Shown one piece after another: positions 1 through 8,704 of a stretch of 64,000 nucleotides of DNA (position 1 is the stretch's first letter; every line of letters starts with the position of its first letter). The translations under genes and the position numbers were made by a program. A model generated the notes under the pieces. It was not told the DNA's origin. It was given only the letters and a program-made list of their open reading frames with translations, and searched no databases. The stretch is taken from the IMG/VR virus record IMGVR_UViG_3300046810_000256, positions 19,007 to 83,006 of that record; one strand, written 5' to 3'. Source of the stretch: a virus.

Positions 1-252
1 TGGCTTCACCGATCCATTGAGCAGCACCTGATAGATATCACCGGTACTGTTCACTCGCAGGGTGACGGTCTGGCCACTGGCAAGCATCAACATGGCTTCG
101 CGGTAGGTCGTATCGGAACTGCGGCGAGGTTTCTGACTGAATTCAGACGAAACAACGGATTGTCCCGCACGCCCCATCTGCTGACTGATCAGTTTGATTG
201 CCTTGTCAGCACCAGCGGGCGAAGAGAAGTCCAGGGTATTGGTTTTGGGCAT
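1..252 (-). CDS. Hdf/DarA N-terminal-domain protein (defence-against-restriction virion protein), runs off left edge
   Basis: Not in ORF track. Manual translation from ATG at 252: MPKTNTLDFSSPAGADKAIKLISQQMGRAG...YREAMLMLASGQTVTLRVNSTGDIYQVLLNGSVKP, resembling DarA_N (GDIYQVxLNG); preceded by late-promoter motif. Confidence 0.7.
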   Translation of the reverse strand, partial: MPKTNTLDFSSPAGADKAIKLISQQMGRAGQSVVSSEFSQKPRRSSDTTYREAMLMLASGQTVTLRVNSTGDIYQVLLNGSVKP

Positions 253-288
253 GGGGCGAATACTCGGGAGTGTGTGGAAATACCCGAT

Positions 289-329
289 ATTTTGAAGCGG
301 AAAAGCGCGGGCGTAATGTGGCGCTTTGC
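289..329 (-). promoter_or_regulatory. Late-promoter motif copy 1
   Basis: GCAAA-N30-CAAAAT upstream of Hdf/DarA-like gene. Confidence 0.7.
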
Positions 330-419
330 GCCGCAAACCCTCCCGCTTGCCTGTTCTTTCGCTGCGCTTCAGAACAGGCAAGCCCTCCCGGCCCCGTAAA
401 GGTTTCGAGTGGTTCGCCT

Positions 420-945
420 TGCTACTCACTTTTGGAAGAATCGGCGAGATTCCTGCCCCCATTGCCCGCTGAGTAGACACTTCATAGACCTGCTGCATTA
501 CCGGATCTTGTCCTGTGGGACGATCCCCGCGGCGTTTTTAACGTGGTGCCGGTCTATTCCCCTTGCCCACATGGTAATGCCCCCAGGTTGCGAGCCTGGG
601 AAGGCGTGAAGCGCGTCGCACGGTCGGCCCTGTGCAATGAATCCCCATTGGGCCGTACAGTCGCAAAGACGGGTAACAATCGCTTGATATCCAACCCCAT
701 CTATCGCATACGCTTACGTCCATTTCGGGCGCACGAAAACAACTCGGGCGCGCGAAAAAGCGCGACTGCTCGATGAGTGAGGGGGCGAATCTGTAGACAA
801 GGACGCGAGATCGCGCCAGAATTGACCTACAGAGTCGAGTTCCCCCGCCGCCAAAGCAAAGGATTCCCCTCGACTCAAGGCTAAAGGAGTTTGCACCTCC
901 GCATTAGCCCTTCAAGACCCGCTTATAGCGGGTCTTGTCGTATCT
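420..945 (+). ncRNA. Candidate large structured ncRNA
   Basis: No credible ORF; many nested stems (422-428/470-476, 484-490/551-557, 582-588/594-600, 625-630/650-655, 790-796/827-833, 879-884/904-909); ends in an 11-bp hairpin. Confidence 0.55.
913..945 (+). terminator. Terminator-like hairpin
   Basis: CAAGACCCGCT-TAT-AGCGGGTCTTG followed by TCGTATCT (weak U tract). Confidence 0.55.
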
Positions 946-1001
946 GGCGCGCAGAATAACCGCGAGAATCATCAATACGCCATAGTGGCCATTTGTACAG
1001 C

Positions 1002-1049
1002 CTGTATAAAAACACAAGTCTATCCCCGTTTATCCCCGGACAAACGGGG
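1002..1049. promoter_or_regulatory. Imperfect LexA-like box plus TATCCCCGGAC operator-like site
   Basis: CTGTATAAAAACACAA (1002-1017, CAA instead of CAG); TATCCCCGTT-TATCCCCGGAC (1021-1041). Confidence 0.45.
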
Positions 1050-1100
1050 GCGCTGAAGCCCCCTATCTGCGCCGTCTCCCGACGAACGGTCGTCCTCTCC

Positions 1101-1631
1101 TTAACTCGGCAATGGCTCACTGGTAGGCGCGTTCAAGCTGTCCTTGTGCGTATGGCGCTGCACGCTGATCCCGTCGCTGGTGATGTCTCCGCCGGTCTGC
1201 GTTACCGGCCCTTTGATGCTCAATGCGGTTGCAATGGCTGCTATTGACTCAGGTGTCAGCACCAGACTGGTACCGCCGACGACAAGCGCAATTTTCTCGC
1301 CCGCGTTGATGGTGAATACCTTGTCGGCGTTGAATTCGAAGTTATCGTGGTTCCAGCGCCGGGTTGATTGCTCGTTGCCGGTGTTCACCGGGCGGTGTCC
1401 CACGATGATCGGGTAACGCTGATCACCGTTGCGGAACGCCACCCACACCGGCATGCCAACAACCACGCGGATTTCCGTGTTGGTTGAGTCGCAGCCAATC
1501 GGGTAGCACATTTCGGCGAGCGGGAACGTCGAGGCGCCGTCGGTGTAGGGCGGGATCTCCACGCGGATCTCCCGGCGTTCACGGTTGGCGTCCACTGAGC
1601 GAACAAAGCCCGGCGCGTAATTAGGTAGCAT
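1101..1631 (-). CDS. Baseplate spike / gpV-like protein (P1 gp5-like)
   Basis: OB-fold-like N-terminus (REIRVEIP...VWVAFRNGDQRYPIIVG) and C-terminal GISVQRHTH metal-binding tip; start set at MLPNY. Confidence 0.85.
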   Translation of the reverse strand: MLPNYAPGFVRSVDANRERREIRVEIPPYTDGASTFPLAEMCYPIGCDSTNTEIRVVVGMPVWVAFRNGDQRYPIIVGHRPVNTGNEQSTRRWNHDNFEFNADKVFTINAGEKIALVVGGTSLVLTPESIAAIATALSIKGPVTQTGGDITSDGISVQRHTHKDSLNAPTSEPLPS

Positions 1632-2520
1632 TGACCAGTTTCCCCATCCACAGGCGGCTGGTGCTCTCCATCGCGCCGGTTTTCTGCATAGCCGCGTGTG
1701 CGGCGGTGATGACCACAAGATTCTCCCCGCCTACCGACAGCACACTACCGGCCTGAATCTGCTGGCACTGCTGGGAGTCGACGGTCTTGGTACGCACGAG
1801 CACGCACGAGGCGTTGCGCAGCTGGCGCTGATCGCCGCGCGGCATCAGATTGATTACCCTCGACTCGCCCATCTGCCCGGTGACGATAGCCCCGGTGTCG
1901 CCCACGCTGTAGAAGCTCGGGACTTGCTGAAGCTCAAGAAACTCGCTGTCCACCTTTGCACTTGAGTCCACCTGGCCGATATCGTCCATCGGTGCCTGCT
2001 TGGCGAGGTCGGTCAAGCGCACAACCTGCAACTTGCCACCGACCAGCACCAGCGCGGCGCCTTCTTCTTGCAGCACCCTGGCCACTCCGTAACTCGGTTG
2101 AGTGCCACGAAAGCAGCTGAAGCGCGGTACCGAAAAGTCGCTACCAATGCGCAGATAGGCGCCGCAACTGCGCAGGATGGCGGAGAATGCCGCGTCCTCC
2201 ATCACCACGGCCTGCGCCAGCGGTTCGGCCAACGGTGCGCAGCTGGCCAGCAACGCGATAACACTCATTGCTTGCTGCTGGTCTTTGCCCTGCACTTCAC
2301 CCAACGGCGGCGCCTTCTGAGTTTTGACGATCTTGTAAGCCAGATTCTCCCGGCCAGACCAGACAGTGACGCCCCGCTTCAGCTTGGCTTCCAAGCCGTC
2401 GATCAGCTTCACTGTGAACTCCAGGCTGCGTGGGATCGGCGTCAAGTCCGACCGGCTCACCCACCGAATAACCACGTCGGTGGGCAGCTGGTCGCCGCTC
2501 TCACTTAAGTAGACGTTCAT
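1621..2520 (-). CDS. Baseplate hub protein (P1 gp6-like)
   Basis: RSDLTPIPRSLEFTV N-terminus; adjacent to spike gene as in P1 5-6-24 order. Confidence 0.65.
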   Translation of the reverse strand: MNVYLSESGDQLPTDVVIRWVSRSDLTPIPRSLEFTVKLIDGLEAKLKRGVTVWSGRENLAYKIVKTQKAPPLGEVQGKDQQQAMSVIALLASCAPLAEPLAQAVVMEDAAFSAILRSCGAYLRIGSDFSVPRFSCFRGTQPSYGVARVLQEEGAALVLVGGKLQVVRLTDLAKQAPMDDIGQVDSSAKVDSEFLELQQVPSFYSVGDTGAIVTGQMGESRVINLMPRGDQRQLRNASCVLVRTKTVDSQQCQQIQAGSVLSVGGENLVVITAAHAAMQKTGAMESTSRLWMGKLVNAT

Positions 2521-3262
2521 TGCCGTCCACCATGTGTTCGAAGTCGTGGCCAATGCGCTGACGCATGTTCACCGTCTGAATGGTTGGGTAGCCTGGCGGT
2601 ACGTTGGTGCTGCCGTCGTTTGGCTCGCCTTCAGCTGGCGCCCGGAAGATCGGTACAACGCACTTGAGCGCGACGTCGGCGGCCAGGATCTTGATGTTCT
2701 TCTGATCGACGTCCACCTTCATCCAGTCGATACGCTTCGTCTCCAGCTGCATCGGCGCCGGAACTTCGTATTGGCCGAACTTGTATTTGGCATCCATGTA
2801 GCGGCGATGCGGTTCCTGCATGAAAGCGCTCAGCTGCGCCGCCAGCGACTTGGCCGAGTCGCCGTCGCTGGCGACGATCACAAGCTGAATACGTCGGTCG
2901 TGCATGTCTTGCCGGTAGTCGTACCACGAACCGCCTTCAAGGATCTGCACGCGCTCAAAGCCGGTGTGGTGGCCGCCCCAATCGGCGCCGGTACCCAAAA
3001 AATCATCATCGGTGGCCAGCAGCAGCACCGGCAGTTTCGTCGTCGCGCCTGGCGGGCCGTTTTCGTTCTTGCGGTACTGCGCCAGCATGGCTTCAACCTT
3101 GTCCAGCATCCGCCCGGACGCCCATTGCATGGCTTGAGCCGGGCGGCGCTCTTTGAAGTCCCTGACTGCCGAAGTATCCGCGTAAATCGCCTTAAACCAG
3201 TCGAGCAGGTACCAGCCAAACGCCTCCTTTTGCTGGATAAAGCTGCCGTTCATTTCGTTCAT
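2501..3262 (-). CDS. Tail completion/terminator protein (P1 gp24-like)
   Basis: Synteny and size; overlapping stop/start coupling with neighbour. Confidence 0.5.
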   Translation of the reverse strand: MNEMNGSFIQQKEAFGWYLLDWFKAIYADTSAVRDFKERRPAQAMQWASGRMLDKVEAMLAQYRKNENGPPGATTKLPVLLLATDDDFLGTGADWGGHHTGFERVQILEGGSWYDYRQDMHDRRIQLVIVASDGDSAKSLAAQLSAFMQEPHRRYMDAKYKFGQYEVPAPMQLETKRIDWMKVDVDQKNIKILAADVALKCVVPIFRAPAEGEPNDGSTNVPPGYPTIQTVNMRQRIGHDFEHMVDGNERLLK

Positions 3263-3273
3263 TGCGAACCTCG

Positions 3274-3756
3274 TTAAGCCACGTCGAGCAGCGTGATGGG
3301 ATGGCCGGACGTCTGCGCAGCGCCTGGCAGCATCCAAAGGTGCTGGGGCGTGATGCGCGCCCCCAGCTCAGACCGTAACAACGGTGTGCCGCCTTCGTTG
3401 AACGCCCAGGCCACGAACTCGGAACAGAAGAATCGATCTTTCGATTGCAGGCGCTTGGAGTGCAGGAGGATCCCCAACAGCCCCAGGTAGTCGTAACCGG
3501 CGCCGATCTTGCTCAGGGCGGCGTCTTTGACTGCCTGAGCGCTGGCACAGGGCATGTTGACCCGAGCGGCGTAGCTGGACTTTGCCAGCCGTTCCTTGAG
3601 CGGTGTCAGCGTCACGCCGCCGAACATGTTGGCGCCAATGACCTGATCGCCAAGAACAATTTCGACATGGCTGAACGCCGACCATGTAACACCACGAATC
3701 AGCAGACTGCCGATCAAGCTGCGCCGGGTGAACAGCACCTGCACCGTTTGCGTCAT
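3274..3756 (-). CDS. Permuted papain-like NlpC/P60 (YiiX/YebB-like) cysteine hydrolase
   Basis: FSHVEI...GYDY...FFCSEFVAWAF...ITPQHL; His before Cys order. Confidence 0.85.
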   Translation of the reverse strand: MTQTVQVLFTRRSLIGSLLIRGVTWSAFSHVEIVLGDQVIGANMFGGVTLTPLKERLAKSSYAARVNMPCASAQAVKDAALSKIGAGYDYLGLLGILLHSKRLQSKDRFFCSEFVAWAFNEGGTPLLRSELGARITPQHLWMLPGAAQTSGHPITLLDVA

Positions 3757-4595
3757 TGAGCACCTTCCTCTGTAGGTTCCGGCTCAGTGTCTGGTACTGG
3801 CTCGGGCGGAGGAATTATCTCAGGCGTCTCGGCCTCGCTTTGCGCCCACTCTGCATAGGTTTGTGGCCAGCCGGTGGCGTAGTCGTAGGCGGCTGGATCG
3901 TCGACGACACGCATGGCGCGGTTGTGCGCCTCGGCGACTGTGTAAATGGCCATATCGGAGCGAGTGACCGCGGCCACCACGTCGAATGCCAGCTGCGCCG
4001 TTACCGGAGTAAATGAGCCATCCAGCATTTTCCACACAATGGGTTTGTCTTCACTGTCACGCAGCGCGGTGGCCATCGTGCCGCCAGCCGCCAGTGCGTC
4101 ACGGGCGTTGTCTTTCAGACCGAGCCACTGGCTTCGGCTGAACAGATCGGAATGCACCCACTCTGTACCGACGTGAAACCCCGCCAGCACGCGCTGATCG
4201 CGCTCGGCCTTGATCCGCTCCCACGCGAGGTTCTGCGCGTCCTTGTGCAGCTTGGCCACCAGTACCGGGTCAAGCTGCCATGCGCCGTCAGTCCAGCTAT
4301 GTCCAAGCGATGGGCGCGGTTCGCTGGTGAAACCGTCAGGGAGTTCGCCCAACGCAATATGCTCTTGAGGCTCGCCGGTCGCGGTGCTGTAGATCTTGCC
4401 GCGGTAGTCGACCAACTGGCCGGGCGCGCCGTCAACGAGCGCCCACACCTTGCCTTCGTCGGGCGGCAGTAACTTCCCAGGCAACTCAATGGCATCGCTG
4501 GGCAGCTGGGGGCCCACTCCCGGCACTACAGGGAAACTCACAGGGCCAGACAATGCGCCGCAATCGGTGATTAGATAAATCGCAGTCATAGACAC
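3753..4595 (-). CDS. Tail fibre assembly protein (DUF4376-like C-terminus)
   Basis: DYRGKIYSTATG...GELPDGFT...W Tfa-like motif; AWERIKAERD...WKMLDGSF. Confidence 0.75.
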   Translation of the reverse strand: MSMTAIYLITDCGALSGPVSFPVVPGVGPQLPSDAIELPGKLLPPDEGKVWALVDGAPGQLVDYRGKIYSTATGEPQEHIALGELPDGFTSEPRPSLGHSWTDGAWQLDPVLVAKLHKDAQNLAWERIKAERDQRVLAGFHVGTEWVHSDLFSRSQWLGLKDNARDALAAGGTMATALRDSEDKPIVWKMLDGSFTPVTAQLAFDVVAAVTRSDMAIYTVAEAHNRAMRVVDDPAAYDYATGWPQTYAEWAQSEAETPEIIPPPEPVPDTEPEPTEEGAQ

Positions 4596-4596
4596 C

Positions 4597-5481
4597 TCAG
4601 ATCAGTTTCAGTCGGCCAGGGTAGGCAATGTTTTTTGGGCGAGTATCGCTGGCCGGGGTGATTACTTGGGACAGCAAGTAGCTGTTAACCATCGTGCCCG
4701 CGGCAGCCCCAGTGGCGGTAAGCGTGCCATTCAGAACCGAACCGCCTAGCGAGGTCGTTGTTTGCGGGCCACCGTTATTAACCGCTAGTAGCGCCATCTT
4801 GATGTCGCCCACACCGTCAGACTGATAGCTACCCGCCGTTCGCGAGGCGTCTAAGCCACGGGCTTCATCAAGAATTCGGATAAACACGCCTCGCCCTTCT
4901 GGCGCTCGGAAAGTCGTCGCACCATCACCGGATGTCCAGCAGCCCTCTTTACCGGCGCGTGCCGCTTCGGTAGTGAGCAATCCAGATTGCTGTGCGTGAT
5001 CCCATACCCAAGGCCATTCAGATCGCACATACAAAAGGCCTGTATGTGCAACCCAGCCGCCTGGCGAAAACGCCATGGTGGTTTCGAACACCGGGCGCCC
5101 CAGCGGCGTGGCGTCCATGCGATCAATCACCCGCCAGTTGCCATTACCGTCACTGCGCAGATGCCAGAAGTCCCCGGCGCCCATCAGAACGAAGAATGGA
5201 TAACCCTCGGGGCGCAGATGGGTGTGGAACAGCACTTTTTCGGCGCCAGCTGCTTGTACCACCAGACGGTTACCGCTGTTGTCCACCCGCTGCACCCGGA
5301 TATCCATCGAGCGGGTCGCGGGCGGCAACGTGAGCGTAAAACCCGCCGCTGTAGCATCCACCAGCAGGAAACCCGTCTCGCTGTCTGTGAGCGCCTTGGC
5401 GGCGGTGATTACTGCATTGTTCATCCCGCGCATGGCGAGCAGGCCGCTTTCGATATCGGCCAAATCATCAGAACGGCTCAT
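4597..5481 (-). CDS. Secondary tail fibre protein with tail-collar-like segment
   Basis: GDGATTFRAPEGRGVFIRILDEARGLD...GSYQ and terminal TRPKNIAYP; start set at MSRSDDL. Confidence 0.8.
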   Translation of the reverse strand: MSRSDDLADIESGLLAMRGMNNAVITAAKALTDSETGFLLVDATAAGFTLTLPPATRSMDIRVQRVDNSGNRLVVQAAGAEKVLFHTHLRPEGYPFFVLMGAGDFWHLRSDGNGNWRVIDRMDATPLGRPVFETTMAFSPGGWVAHTGLLYVRSEWPWVWDHAQQSGLLTTEAARAGKEGCWTSGDGATTFRAPEGRGVFIRILDEARGLDASRTAGSYQSDGVGDIKMALLAVNNGGPQTTTSLGGSVLNGTLTATGAAAGTMVNSYLLSQVITPASDTRPKNIAYPGRLKLI

Positions 5482-5921
5482 TGAGCATTTTCCTGTGCGA
5501 TGGAGAGCCATTGCGGAGCGACTGGGCGCTCTTCTTCGGCGGGGAACGTCGACGATTGAGGCCAATCACGCAGCGCTTTGATATACGCCAACAGTTCGAC
5601 GTATTGCTCTGTGGTGATTGTGGTTTCAGCGGACATTTCGAGTTCGTCCCGGTGCCGGTCGCGCAACCACGCAATACGCGCAATCTCAGCATCACGCCAT
5701 GCGCGGGCATCCGCGTCGGGAAACACTAGGGCTTCGGGCAGTGGCTGCTTGACTAGCTCACCGTCAACCAATCGCCAAACGCCATCCGTATCATTCAGCG
5801 TTGAATTCCAAAGCGTTTCTGTGATGCGGATTGCGCCCTTAGGAATGACTGCGTGAAAGCTTGAGTCAAACCGCCCAATGATTTCCCCTGCATCGTTAAC
5901 GACTACGTATTTCATGCTCAC
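5478..5921 (-). CDS. Tail fibre assembly chaperone
   Basis: RAWRDAEIARIAWLRDRHRDE...LLAYIKALRDWPQ...RPVAPQWL. Confidence 0.85.
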   Translation of the reverse strand: MSMKYVVVNDAGEIIGRFDSSFHAVIPKGAIRITETLWNSTLNDTDGVWRLVDGELVKQPLPEALVFPDADARAWRDAEIARIAWLRDRHRDELEMSAETTITTEQYVELLAYIKALRDWPQSSTFPAEEERPVAPQWLSIAQENAQ

Positions 5922-5922
5922 C

Positions 5923-7929
5923 TCAGCGACCGATGGCCAGATAGACGAACGGAATGGCTAGACTTCCCGAAGAACGCACATGCACTACCGACCAGTTGAG
6001 GACGTTCGCCGCAAAAAAATGATCGGTTGTAATGCTGTTGCTGTTCTGCAATTCGGAACTCCGGTAACCCAAAATTCGGAAAACTTGATTTGGAAAGGCC
6101 ATCGGGAATGCGTAGGTATTGGTCACAATCGTCGTGCCCACCTGCGCCGTCTGCTGCCCCCACTGGATAATCACGCCGCCCAGCCACGACGGCAGTGCAA
6201 GCCAGCCGTTGACGCCGAAGTTCCAAGACACACCCATGCGTAGCTTTTTCGGCGTAACGATGGTGGCGTCATCAGCACCTGCATCTGTTAGAGATTGAGT
6301 TGCGATTTTTGCGGTGCCTTGATTTTGTTCAGAGGCTTGCGCTGCGAGATACGCCAATGCTGCGATATCAATCTGCCCCTGATTGACCGGCGCGTTCCAG
6401 GCCTTGATGCACCACATCACCGCCAAGTTGCGCGGGCGCACAGTTCGCCAATATGCCGTGCCAAAGGAACCGGACTGCATCCCTGTCGCCGTGTAGTTGA
6501 TATCCGCAGCGAATCCCGGCGCAGGATCAGCATCAATCTGCGCAACGTTGGCAATTCCTTGAACCGTTGGGCCGACACCGTCGTCACCTTGAACTTTAGT
6601 GCCGACTTGATAACTGCCAACCGCACGTCCGGCATCAACCCCGCGCCCATGATCCCAGCCACGCAGGAACTCGGCGCGCGATTCTGGCAGGCGAAAGTTA
6701 CCTGCGCCCTCATCGCCCTTGTTGAAGATCATGCCCAGGTACGCAGCCAAATCCGGATATGCCGCAATGCTTTGCACGCTGCCATCCACCTCCAAATAGC
6801 CCGGCGGAACGGTGGCGTTCGGCATTGGAAGCATGCTGCCTACTGGCAAGCCAGAAGAGGTTTTAAGCAATTCCAACACTTCGGCTTTGGTGTAGCTGTC
6901 TGCCACCTTGAACGACTTGAACGCGAGGAATTCCATGCGGTCATCGACGTTGCAAGGAATCGCCAACGTGACCTTTGAGCCGTCGGCAGCCGATGCGAAG
7001 TCGTAAACCTCCCGACCGTTACGCAGCGCGATGATGCTGCCGGGAACGTGCGGGAAGGTGAACACTGACTGAGCAACTGCCGCCGTGAAGGAAAACCGCT
7101 CGAAAGCCTTGCCGCTGCCCACGCCGCCGCCCAGCTGGAACACTGCGCCGTCGTAGTTGAGGTCGTACAGCGATCCGGCTTTGATATCGCCCGCATCCAG
7201 ATCCACTAGGCCGGTATCACCGCCCCGCTTCACTGCCTTGACGCCAAGCCCTTCGATGTTGACGGTTACCGGCGTTGTGTTGGTGCTGGCGGCCACGAAC
7301 TGGAAGCGCTGGAATTTCGCCAGCGTAGGCAAAGCCGACTCGGGCGCGTCCAGCTCCAGCAGCAGCGCATTCGCCGCACTACCAGCAGAATGCTTCAGCC
7401 CCATCAGCGGGCCTGCATCCTTCGCCACGTCTGCACGCAACAGGTATTGCGGGTGCGCGTTCGCGGCCCCCTCATGTTCGGACAGGGCTGCCAGCGCCGC
7501 ACTTTGGTCGGGATCGATGACGATGGTAATGCTGTTCGCCGGTACCTGTGCAAAGGCCAGATCCGCGAACATGACGTAGGCCACGCCATTGGTTTTGTAG
7601 GACGCGATTTGTCCGTTGGCTTTCGACCAGACAAACGCAAGGGTATCGCCAGCCCAGAATGCAATCTCGCCAATCGGAACGTCGCCTACGTCCTCTTTCC
7701 ATGCGGCGCTGATCCGCAGCTGGTAAGGCGTAGGGCGGCTACCGCCAGCAAAGGGAACACGGCTACCCACTGGACTGACCAACGCCACCTCGGTGCCGTC
7801 AGGGTCGTAGTGGGCCAAGCCGAACGAAACGCTGTCTACGATGAGTTCAATCCTGGTATTGCTGGCGTTGAACGCCGCAGCCTGACCGGCGAGCGTCAGC
7901 GTGGGATTGAGAATTAAAGGATCTGCCAT
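5923..7929 (-). CDS. Main tail fibre protein
   Basis: HEGAANAHPQYL, tail collar (PVGS...PPGYLEVDGS...FRLPESRAEFLRGWD), C-terminal GVIIQWG...FPMAFPN...YLAIGR. Confidence 0.9.
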   Translation of the reverse strand: MADPLILNPTLTLAGQAAAFNASNTRIELIVDSVSFGLAHYDPDGTEVALVSPVGSRVPFAGGSRPTPYQLRISAAWKEDVGDVPIGEIAFWAGDTLAFVWSKANGQIASYKTNGVAYVMFADLAFAQVPANSITIVIDPDQSAALAALSEHEGAANAHPQYLLRADVAKDAGPLMGLKHSAGSAANALLLELDAPESALPTLAKFQRFQFVAASTNTTPVTVNIEGLGVKAVKRGGDTGLVDLDAGDIKAGSLYDLNYDGAVFQLGGGVGSGKAFERFSFTAAVAQSVFTFPHVPGSIIALRNGREVYDFASAADGSKVTLAIPCNVDDRMEFLAFKSFKVADSYTKAEVLELLKTSSGLPVGSMLPMPNATVPPGYLEVDGSVQSIAAYPDLAAYLGMIFNKGDEGAGNFRLPESRAEFLRGWDHGRGVDAGRAVGSYQVGTKVQGDDGVGPTVQGIANVAQIDADPAPGFAADINYTATGMQSGSFGTAYWRTVRPRNLAVMWCIKAWNAPVNQGQIDIAALAYLAAQASEQNQGTAKIATQSLTDAGADDATIVTPKKLRMGVSWNFGVNGWLALPSWLGGVIIQWGQQTAQVGTTIVTNTYAFPMAFPNQVFRILGYRSSELQNSNSITTDHFFAANVLNWSVVHVRSSGSLAIPFVYLAIGR

Positions 7930-7978
7930 AAAGCCCCCGGCGGTTATTTATGGCAAAGCGTAAGGCCGAAAAACGGCC

Positions 7979-8704
7979 CTACTTGGTGAAGGTTTGCATG
8001 TCCAAGCGGTCGCGCGAACTGAACAGCAGGTTCGAACCGCCGACCTTGATGCCTGGACCAATGCGGGTATAGGCGCCGACGTCGCGCGGGTGAAATTGCG
8101 ACGTCCCGGAAATGCGGCCTACGTTGAAGCCATAGGCGATACACGCAATCGGGATTGCCAAAGCTGCCCGGCGGGCGGCGCGCAGATCCAGCACGAACCG
8201 CGCAGCCACTGCTGTACGGGCGGCGGTCAGAATCCGCTCCGGAACGATTTCCGTCTCGATGTCCACGCGCAAGCGGCTGGTGAGGAAGTAGTCGGTCAGC
8301 TCCAGCCCGGCCAGCTCAATCTCATGTTCCGTCATCAGGTCGACCGGGTACACGCCCTCCTTTTCAGGCTTCAGGCACCACATCTGATCAATGGTGAAGA
8401 CGTCGCCGAACAGCGCCCGCAGGTAGAATTTCAGGAAGTGCGTGCCACGCTGGGGATTGAGATAGCGCCAGGCCTTGAACAGCATGCGGGTCTTGTCGCT
8501 GGTGGTGTCGTTGAGCAGCGCCAGCCCGTCGTTGTTCAGCCCGCGACTGATAAAGGCGTCCGGCCCAAGGTGCGGCATCCCGAGGGTGTTGGCGTCAATG
8601 ACGTCGCCCGCCAGATTTTTGCGGTAGAGGCTGACAAACAGCGCCTTGAACTCGGATTCAATGGCGTCATATTCGGCGCTGCGCAGTAATGGCTTGAGTT
8701 CCAT
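7979..8704 (-). CDS. Baseplate wedge protein (P1 gp16-like)
   Basis: NPQRGTHFLKFYL, FLTSRLRV; between BplA-like gene and fibre. Confidence 0.65.
   Translation of the reverse strand: MELKPLLRSAEYDAIESEFKALFVSLYRKNLAGDVIDANTLGMPHLGPDAFISRGLNNDGLALLNDTTSDKTRMLFKAWRYLNPQRGTHFLKFYLRALFGDVFTIDQMWCLKPEKEGVYPVDLMTEHEIELAGLELTDYFLTSRLRVDIETEIVPERILTAARTAVAARFVLDLRAARRAALAIPIACIAYGFNVGRISGTSQFHPRDVGAYTRIGPGIKVGGSNLLFSSRDRLDMQTFTK

Noticed and set aside
781-853. tRNA/tmRNA-like ends GGGGGCGAA...TCGAGTTCCCCCGCCGCCA
   Set aside because: No cloverleaf, canonical T-arm or tag reading frame found; treated as part of the larger structured RNA candidate
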